NCBI GenBank assembly: GCA_903813345.2
Contig: CAIIXF020000001.1
Coordinates: forward strand, 28,272,001-28,336,000
Direction of reading: 5' to 3'
From: Owenia fusiformis
Lineage: Eukaryota
Length of the DNA: 64,000 nt
Of this stretch, positions 54,501 through 64,000 are shown one piece after another. A model generated the notes under the pieces. It was not told the origin of the DNA, did not search any database, and was given only the letters and a program-made list of their open reading frames with translations. Positions within the stretch are counted from its first letter, which is position 1; each line of letters begins with the position of its first letter. The position numbers and the translations under genes are program-made.

Positions 54501-56746
54501 GCAACTTATTGATTGAGAAACACTGACTGCAGCTGCAAACAATCAAAGAGTCCCCTTCGATAAAAAGACTAAAATCCATGCTTCGAATAATAGACTTTGA
54601 ATATAAGCAAACTTGAAATACTTAACTACATGCTTAACAAAGTGACATGGTTGTTAAAACTCGTTGTTCTACAAGTGATTAATGATTGTACAAGAATACC
54701 ATCTAAGATTTGTCCAAATAACATCAGTAGAAAATAGATCTCTTTCTTTCATGATTATAACAGTCATCTATAATATCTAATGCTTACAGGCATACCCCTT
54801 TCAAAAAACGCCAGGGTCTTGCTTGCATATCACTTACTTCATTTGGAAAATCTCAGTCTTGCAAGTGTAGGTACAACGCCCACACCAAAGTGGGGTCACA
54901 TCGGTGTACAGACATAAGCTATATACGCACGATACACGCATGACGGCTAGGTACCCCCACGAAAGCCCCAATCTGTTTATAAATCTGGCTTTTGAAAAAC
55001 TGCATATTAAATCCAGGTCTTCAGTGTGGGTGCCTAACCTAGCTTTTAGGCGTCTGAATTCAAATAATTAAGACCCTCTCTTTTCACTTTTCTTTTAAAT
55101 CAAAATAGAGGGGCTGGATTAAAGTGCAAGCCCTAGTAAGCCTCGAAGCACTATGAATTCATTTGTAATAGTACATTGTCACTAGTTAGCATTCTTCTAG
55201 CAATGTCCAGGAATGTATATCTCCTACATCCCATCATATTTTGACACTTAGCATATAATATCCTGAATTTGTGTATAATTCACCCAACCTTTGAGGTTAT
55301 CAATTTCAAGTATTAAAGTTCTATAGAATCATTATCAAAACTGTATGTCTACTAACAAGTCAATATTGTTGACTAACAATTTATATACAGTATAACAAAT
55401 ATTTGATTGAACCAGCTCTTATATATGAAAGTTGAGTTGGCGTAAGAAAAAGATGCATGTTAAATGGAAGAACATTGGTCAGCTGCCCCCACCTGCCGTA
55501 TCCCCTAGCAACACTGTCTGTTGGCTCCACCTATCCGACACAAGCAAATTTAAAGCAGCCAGAACTGGCTGGGACAAAACTAGGGCACCCCAAAATCAGA
55601 CAACTCAAAGTTATGAACATTTGACTAGACAATTCATTAATGGATTATAATATATGGTTATGGGTTAATTACATAGAATAAATTATGAATACATAATATA
55701 ATGCAATCAAAAATAAATATAAGTCAAAATTCATTCGTTACTCTAATGTATTAGTTAGGTTGTGTTAGTATAATAATATATATATTCACTACGACTAATA
55801 TAATGCAGGAATGTTTCCTTAAAGTTGCCACACACACGAACACCACCAGCACGATCACTACATTATTGCCTAATATCGTTGTCTAGGTTTGGCACATTTT
55901 AAAGAAACATAGAGTAGTCATATAGCTAGAACTAAACAATGTGTGCCAAATAAATGGTCATCCGAGACGCACACACATATTACTGTAAATAGAAATAAAG
56001 AAGTAACAGAAAATATATGTAGGATGAAGATTAAATAAAATTTAATTCACCATATCTTGATGAAAAGACAATAATATAATAATAATAATATTAAATAAAT
56101 AATAATGAGATACTTAACTCCACATAGTAATACTGGACCAATGAGAAGCTTTGGTGACCATGGTATCCATGGCAACATTACTATGGCAACACAATATACA
56201 AGCTAAATACACAACATCGTTTATGCCACAAATAAAAATGTAATAATAATGTAAAAGTTGTGTAAACTGCTCTAAGAAAGATGGCCACTGTGCTGTCAAT
56301 CACTGTTGGCTCGTTCTGGCTTTTAATTTCTGTACATGCCACCAAACCAACCAATGAGAGACAAGAGATTATCTACTTATAGTAATATCAAATAATATTA
56401 ACAGGCAAAAACCTTATTCAAACAAGGCTATAAATAAAGTCCAATGTACATTGGAAAATAATATTCCATAAATTATGCGTTAAGAATAATGTCTTTGTTA
56501 AAACCCCTCCAAACTTAAATATATAATGTCGGGACAAAACAATAACTAAAAGTTTGATTTAAATTTGCCATGTGTGGAGACAGTTTTGACCACTTTTTAT
56601 CCTTTTAGGATATAATATTTAACGAACACAGACATAGTTGTGGCGCGTAGACATTTGGTTTTGTTTTGGTATAATATTTTCCTGTTGGCAGCTGTGTGCT
56701 CTTGACTAGCAACGTCCTGTCCACGCAGGTGGGGTATTCTTGCGCT
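51550..56746 (-). other. elav: Probable long 3'UTR of the ELAV gene with alternative poly(A) sites
   Basis: Follows the stop codon. It appears U-rich on the minus strand and I recognised no transposons or tandem arrays in it, unlike the flanking DNA. Minus-strand AATAAA at 52782-52787, 52452-52457 and 51571-51576. The true end is not determinable from DNA. Confidence 0.6.
52452..52457 (-). terminator. Candidate major poly(A) signal (AATAAA) of the ELAV transcript
   Basis: Minus strand reads ...aaaatatac AATAAA ttgtgttacaaag, preceded by UGUA/UG-rich sequence (tgtgtctgtatgtagtttggttgta...tttgtatt). Confidence 0.5.
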
Positions 56747-57154
<408 letters not shown>

Positions 57155-57968
57155 CTAGTCATTGACCATTATCAATATATATATTCAGATGAGATACAAC
57201 ACTTCAGTCAATTTTCCCTCTTGTAACAAACATATATAAAACTAATACCATCAAGGAATATAATGAATCATTTTAACAAAGAATAAAGGCAAATCAAATG
57301 GTTACTTTAAAAGTATTAATCTTTCTTAATATATAAATGCAGAGAAAAACAGTAAATACAACATACCATTTAATTTAAATATTCATAATGTTTTGTATCT
57401 AGATAATGTGGAGCCACATTTATTACATTCTTTCAACAACAGCTGGGGAAAGACACACATCCATTTGCCAATTCTATATTTATGATTATTATTTGATATT
57501 TTATAAGATTAGATATACTGGTCTCATTTTAAATGAGATGAGCATTTCTGCCAGCTATCAATTATGGAGGTCTAATCTAGATATATTTTTGATATCAGAT
57601 CTATGTTGGAACTCAATAAGATTATTGACTACATTTAGCCCACAGTAATGAAATTGGATTATGAAATAATTAGAATTTTTTCCAATATTCCTTGTATGAA
57701 TTTCAATAGAGTCAGTATGTGGTGAAACTGTACTTGAATAGGCTAGTTCTATTTTTTCAACATTAATGTTTGTGAACACGCAAATGGTTCTTACAGTGAA
57801 TTTACCCACCCAATATATCTCCGTTGGACAATTTCAATCAAGAACGAACTACAAAGGAATCGGCACAATTACTTAATTGAGAAAAATATACTTTAAACAA
57901 TACAAACCGGGAGGAAAACCAGATCAATCGAGGGAAATGATTTTGAAGAAACAATGATCTCAAAAATT

Positions 57969-58547
57969 TAGGGCTGCCATCATTAGTCGGAACGTCGACT
58001 TGTCAGTCAAAATGCAAGTTCGACAACGAAGTCGACAAAAATTCCCGTCATGTCGACAGCAAACGATATCAATACTTACTTGAAAATATCCAAATGGCCC
58101 CAATACATTTCAATACACATTTCAACGTGTTATGTGCGCGTATTCTGCGGAAATATTGTTCACATTCATTTCATTTTCAAAAAATAAATTCACCCGGAAG
58201 TTCCCTTCATGACTTCTCTTCTCTCTTGCGAGACGTTGTACGAGATTTCGCCCGAGCAGTCGAAATAAATCCCGGTCGAAACATTGCAGGTATTTGTCCC
58301 ATTTTCGTCTATAATATTCTATTAACTTGGCATTTAGTAACAATATTAGGCAATTACATACCAATATGAATATAAGTTATATGAAGCTTTTCCCCGATAG
58401 ATTTGGAAAAAACGAACCAACAACACAGAAATAATTTTTCTTTTTTTCCCGATGATTTTTTCTCCCTGGAAAGTTCGATTGTCGACAATATTTTCGACAG
58501 CAGAGTTCGACTGTCGACACTGACATTTGAGTTCGATGGCAGCCCTA
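57969..58547. mobile_element. Non-autonomous hAT-type MITE inside the ELAV intron
   Basis: 13-bp TIR TAGGGCTGCCATC / GATGGCAGCCCTA; perfect 8-bp TSD CAAAAATT (57961-57968 and 58548-58555); subterminal repeated GTCGAC/TTCGAC motifs. Confidence 0.92.
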
Positions 58548-58864
58548 CAAAAATTGAGTATGATTATTTTGCGGGGTAATCACTCAATCAGCTTTGTGCA
58601 AAGCAATATGTGAGATATTGATCTTTGCCATTTCTTAGCATTCTCCACTTCTGACACTTTAGAAAATATACATGAGGTCATTACTTCACATAGCCACACC
58701 ATTAATTGGTATTCTAGCCAGAACCAACAATTCAATTATTATAACATTAAGAGAGTAATAAGAGACAATACAATTTACATCTGCCATCTGGTAATATCTA
58801 TATATTCATATATAGAATAATTGGAGATTGGTCACTTTTATTCAATTATCAATTATGTCGTTAC

Positions 58865-58879
58865 CCACATGGAGTGAAG
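58865..58879 (-). CDS. elav: Candidate 15-nt alternative microexon in the ELAV hinge
   Basis: Minus strand: ggaattctctctggcaattttcttgctttcag|CTTCACTCCATGTGG|gtaacg. Frame-preserving; changes RF-R-FSP to RF-SFTPCG-FSP. Confidence 0.5.
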
Positions 58880-61800
58880 CTGAAAGCAAGAAAATTGCCA
58901 GAGAGAATTCCAAACGGCCACTTTCCTGTTTATGCAAGAATTCCAGTAAAAAAATCGATATTAAAATACAGAGAAATCAATGAATGTCTCCAGGGAGATA
59001 TGGTTGACATCTAAGGAAGGCCTTGGTTAATATAACTAAAAACTATGGGTAATGAAAGGCAACAGAAACAAAACCACAAATTAAACTGATATGTCAAACT
59101 TATTTGTGGTGCCCAGTTCTACTAATGACACCAAGAGATTATGAATATAATCAAATCATTGGTAAATGGTAACATAAAACATTCAATCAAACATTTCTGA
59201 TTAATTTCCATATATCTTCTGAAAGACTAATGAATGCCTTAAGAGCATGTATAAATTCAATGTCCTCTGATTGCCTTTCTACAAAGATGTTAAATATTTA
59301 ATTAATCGTTGAAATATTCTAAATAACCCCAATTAATTTATCAAAAAACTTAGCAGGGAGAAAACAGAATGACTAAACATTATTTGCACATTGTTCAGCA
59401 ACTTCTGATTTGCTCTTAAATAAAGAAATTCCTTTAATAATTCAACATCATTATTGATCGTATATCTGGAGATAAATCAATTATATTATGGGGTCCCTCA
59501 GCACTTAATTCTTAGAGTACAAACTCCAGTATGTCCAGCAGGGACAACTAGGAGTTGGGACAATCATTTTCCTCGTCAAAGGTGAATACAAATCTCATAT
59601 ATTTCAGTAATTTTCTTTGAACAGAATTAAAATATGTAGATTTCAATAAATAATTCATCGACAACATGACCACATACCCAGCAACAAAACATGCTCTGTC
59701 AAATATCCCCCATGGCACACAAAAGCATGTCAAATTATCAATACTGTCTTGTTTGAGATGAAAAACTTTAACTAGAGACCATACACTGCTAAACCCAGAC
59801 CCAATATTTTATATGAAATACTAATTTCTTTTGTTTGATTAGAGAGACTTGAGCTACAGATGGTCAATCTTGCAAGCTTCAATTAACAATGATTCTTGGC
59901 ATTATCTCTGAGATAATCCAATATTAAAATAGATGTGCCTTCGGGAAGTTACAAATTGGACAGAAGTATTATAAATATAGAATATGAATAAAGTCTGTGA
60001 TTTAATGTACAATAATGATAAACACAAGATAATGACCAACTTAATATGTAGGAAGATAAATAATGAGACTCTTCGTAAAACTTCATTGAAACCAGGGTAA
60101 TCTCTTGTTTGTGGTTTATTTTGATATTGCTAATGTAAGAAGAGAAGGCATCAAAAACAAGTTTGTAAAATGATAGGAACAACTACTTGCGTACAATTAT
60201 AAACTGAAACATCATAATTTCAGCCTAATAGCCTATTTAGTCTGAATTGCTTAAAATATTCAACAATTTGAAAACAGTTGGAATCCAAAATATGAAAAAG
60301 GCCAATGGTTCAGACAAACATATTGTTACAAGAGGCACCTATACTGGCCTTGTAAAACTTCTTATTCGTGCATCCATTGTCTTCTAATGAATCTAATATT
60401 ACTGGATTATAGTGATATACTTAATGAGAACAAAGGACAGATCCTCCTGTACAATGCCATTAAATTAGGGCTAATAGCAAGGAAATTCTAAAATAGTAAT
60501 GGCCATCTTCTAGATTAAATTAGCTCTGGCGATTTTTTACTGAAAATGAGAGTAATGTGAGCCTCAGGATATCCATATCAGAGAATGAAAATTAGCTCCT
60601 GTAATACAGTGTACTTAAACACCTACTCACATGTTCTGTCTACAGTAAGATAGTCTGTTGAAACATTTAGTCAAAAATGCAGAATTCATAAGCAGGGTCA
60701 GACCATCCTGAACCTTGTGGGTGAATTCCAGTATGCTTCATTAATACTAAGAAATGAAAAATCTGCAGTTCAGGATAGGGTGAACAATAAGCTCTATTGT
60801 ACATTTAATTATAGCCAATCCTTGATTCATTGAGACAAAGCATATATGAAGGTCCAGATCTGATGGATGATTCTATACTTGACAACAAAGGACCCCACTG
60901 CACTTCTATATTAGCAAAGTAGTACTTGTGTAAGATTTACAATATCAGAGCTGTTATTAAAATGGCTAAATCTCGATTTGTCAAAGATGAAAAGAATTAG
61001 AGTAAAATGCATTTGTTTAAATCACATTAGCTAGGATTGTGTGAGTGTAGAGACGTTGAGCTGGTTTAAGTCTGAAATATGGCGAGAATAATTAAGTCCA
61101 TCCAGGGGTAGATCAGTCTTAGAAATATGGATACTGGACAAACAGAAAATCTCTAATGGGCAAAGATCCTATATTTACCAAATACACATAGAAATAATTT
61201 GTGAATCAATCGATTTGGATTAACACAAAACATGGTCAAACTCACTTTGAATAGACAAAAAACATGAAATATTCTGATTTATCAGCAGAAACTAAGAATA
61301 TATGAAAATGTCATCATGGACCCATCACACAAATTACATCCGTTCAGCAAGAAATAAATTAATGGCTCTTATTTCAAAGAGAAATTTATTCACACACCAA
61401 AGCAATGAAGATTTTATAAAATGGAAATCAAATGCAATCTGCACATACAGTACTCTTTATGACCATACAAGAGGAAAGTCATTAATCTATTTGTACTGTA
61501 CTGTAACATATTTCATATGAGACCCAGACATTTATATTGTATTCAATGATTCAGGCTTATTCATCCTAAAGCAGCCAATTTCATCATGCCATAAAGGAGC
61601 ACATTATCTAATCAATGCCGTGTTATTATGATGTATTGAAAAAAGGAAGGAGACTGGTGCTCGGGGAGTACATACAACAATACATGCAATGTACAATTAT
61701 TTTGTATCGCAACACCTTTACTCCATACTTATATGTCAATACATTTCAATTAGAATGTAGAAGTCGGGAATTATGATTGATTTTTCTGTCAAAGTATACA

Positions 61801-62062
61801 GACATCTCGGATAGTTATTGATAAAATAACGCGGGTGTGGGGTTTTATTTTTCTTGAAAGAAATTAAAGCAGATCGACAAATATTTTTTAAATTCTTACT
61901 CTGAGGCAAAATCATTTTCACGATCTGAGTTGAGACGGATCCAAAATGAACCAGTGGCATCCAATACATTGAAATTGTCACATCCAGTTGTAGTTTGGGG
62001 CAACTCAAATATATTAATGGACATAACCCTGTAAAAAGTAACAAAGAAGTTATTATGCTAAC

Positions 62063-62300
62063 CTGAACCTTCCAGTCGATGCATGATGTATTGGACCTAA
62101 GAATCCTCTTTGTCGGGCTGGCGAGAGATATGATGCCATAGTAACGGGTAAAACATTTTTACTGTTACTGGGTTGATTGGCAAACTTTACTGTGATTGGT
62201 TCTGTTGATCCCTCTGGTATTGTACCGTTAAGGGTATTTATGGCTTTTTCTGCTTCATACCGTTGGTCAAACCTTATGAATCCTACGCCTTTAGATAGCC
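62063..62300 (-). CDS. elav: ELAV/Hu-like RNA-binding protein, internal exon (second half of RRM2 and start of hinge)
   Basis: Minus strand: acceptor ttcttcatttgctgttatag|GG CTA TCT AAA..., donor ...GGA AGG TTC AG|gttagc. The 238 nt (phase 1 in, phase 2 out) translate (G)LSKGVGFIRFDQRYEAEKAINTLNGTIPEGSTEPITVKFANQPSNSKNVLPVTMASYLSPARQRGFLGPIHHASTGRF(R). KGVGFIRFD and EPITVKFAN are hallmark ELAV RRM2 motifs. The ORF track shows only the antisense frame here. Confidence 0.96.
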
Positions 62301-64000
62301 CTATAACAGCAAATGAAGAACAACATTTACATCAAGAAAGAACATCAATATTCAAATCAAATATTTTTGCATTAGAGAACATGTCACATTCACAACATCT
62401 TTTTTTATTGATTTATATAACAGAAATCAATCATAGAGAAAGCATAACACCAAAGTGAATTGTGACCTATTCATTTTAGAATTCTAAGCAATCAATTTTC
62501 TCTCAAAATACAAAAGTGATCAATCAGCAAAATCAATCCTTGCAAAGATGACATGTTCTCAAGTAGATGCTCTACAAGGCAAAAACTGGGTCAGGTCTGG
62601 GTCTACCTGAAAAAATACAAGTCTAGTTATATGAGTTATTTGTGAGCAGGATCCAGCAAAGGGCATGGTTTATCAGGTGTTGTGTGTATCAATGAAATTG
62701 ATAACTTTGGAGATATATCAGAAAAAAACAGGCAAAAATCTGTTCAATGGAACATGTTCTTCAAAAACATATTACCCCCTTTGAATGTTTGATGAGACCC
62801 CAGATGTTCCGAAATTCATTGAGTGGTAATTTGAATTCCTAGTGAAAACATTTTACAGAATCCTTCATAAAAAATTGAGAAAAGGTATTTTTAAATTGCA
62901 TAAGCAGGCCAAGTCTGTTTGAAATAGAGGAGAATCATTGTAGCAGAATGATAGCATGGTTAGTGTTATTTTAACTTTAGCAACTGATGACCATCAGAAA
63001 GAGATTTGATCTATCTACCAACTTCCATAAAACTGCTAAAGCGATTCAAAGTGAAAAAGACAGAAAAATGTCTAAGTTTAGGAACTAACTATCAGCAGTA
63101 CAAGCTGCAAAGCAAGGTGTGAAACTCAACTCAGATGTTCCAGCGGATGTGTTGTGTTGTTAGCACAGCTAGACTAGCAACCACATCTCAACAACAATTC
63201 CGAATGCCTTCAAATCTGAGCCACTAAACTATGATGCTACTATTGTCTCTCTAAGTTCCTCTTTCTAGTTCAGATTGAGATTTACGGGGGATTACCTATG
63301 GAGGGATATAACGCCATGAGCGGCTTAACAGATTGAAATTAAGCTACATTCCTCTTGGTTTGATTTAGTGATTAGAACATGGAGAAAGAACTGCTGTATA
63401 AATGTTTTTGATATTGTTCACATGGTAAATCTATAATTAGCCAGAGTGAATTCTGTTTGTAATAAAGTTACCTGTCTGAGACTTGAGCACCTTTGTTTAC
63501 GACTTTCTTTTCTTTTGATTCAAATCTGGGTTTTCAATATTTTCAATGTTCCAAATGGCACAATATCAAAAAGGATGTTGCAAAATGATCTTGCCACGGA
63601 ATTATATGATATGATGTTCAATCATAAAATATTTCTTGTAATGATATAGCAGTCTACTTGGCAGGAGGATATAACTTTAAATTATCCTTTGTTTATATCG
63701 CCAGTGTCTGGTTTTATGCTTAGGAGTTTGTTTTTTACAACGTAATTAAACTGACAAAACGAACTGGGTTTGTGGTGATTTTATTGACCAAATTGCTTTG
63801 TTAGATGAGCACTCTGTAACGTGTTTTATTGTGCTGTAACTAGGATCTTAAAACAGACAGCGAGAAATAAAACACAAAAATAGTGAAAAGATTTATGAGA
63901 TTTTTTATGTGCATTCTGGCTACCAACATAAGTCATCGAGAGAATCAATAGTTTAGAATGATGAACTTGCTGTTCCGTAATGAACCAAGAGATTGCCTGC

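Noticed and set aside
58094-58369. ORFs on both strands within the intronic MITE
   Set aside because: Short, no transposase motifs; the element is only 579 bp.
62600-62620. Recursive splice site (ttttttcag|gtagac) on the minus strand
   Set aside because: The regenerated donor GTAGAC is weak and the site is only ~300 nt from the real acceptor; as an exon start it meets a stop within about 12 codons.

Overview
AT-rich animal genomic DNA with spliceosomal introns. It is probably an invertebrate, and the repeat landscape is mollusc/lophotrochozoan-like (inference only). The one recognisable gene is the 3' part of an ELAV/Hu-family RNA-binding protein gene on the minus strand. Exon 62063-62300 encodes the end of RRM2 plus the hinge, and terminal coding exon 56747-57089 encodes RRM3; they join in frame across a GT-AG intron, and the 5' exons lie beyond position 64000. 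A probable 4.3-5.2 kb 3'UTR follows, with several poly(A) signals, AU-rich and Pumilio elements, and repeated seed matches to ancient miRNA families (miR-279, miR-8, miR-9, miR-92, miR-96). The hinge intron holds candidate frame-preserving microexons. Positions 1 to ~51000 show no convincing coding exon and contain non-autonomous DNA transposons (MITEs with 8-bp, 5-bp and TA target-site duplications), Helitron/Helentron-type elements carrying satellite arrays, a foldback element and many minisatellites. All of this was read by eye; splicing and regulatory claims are hypotheses needing RNA-seq or comparative data.
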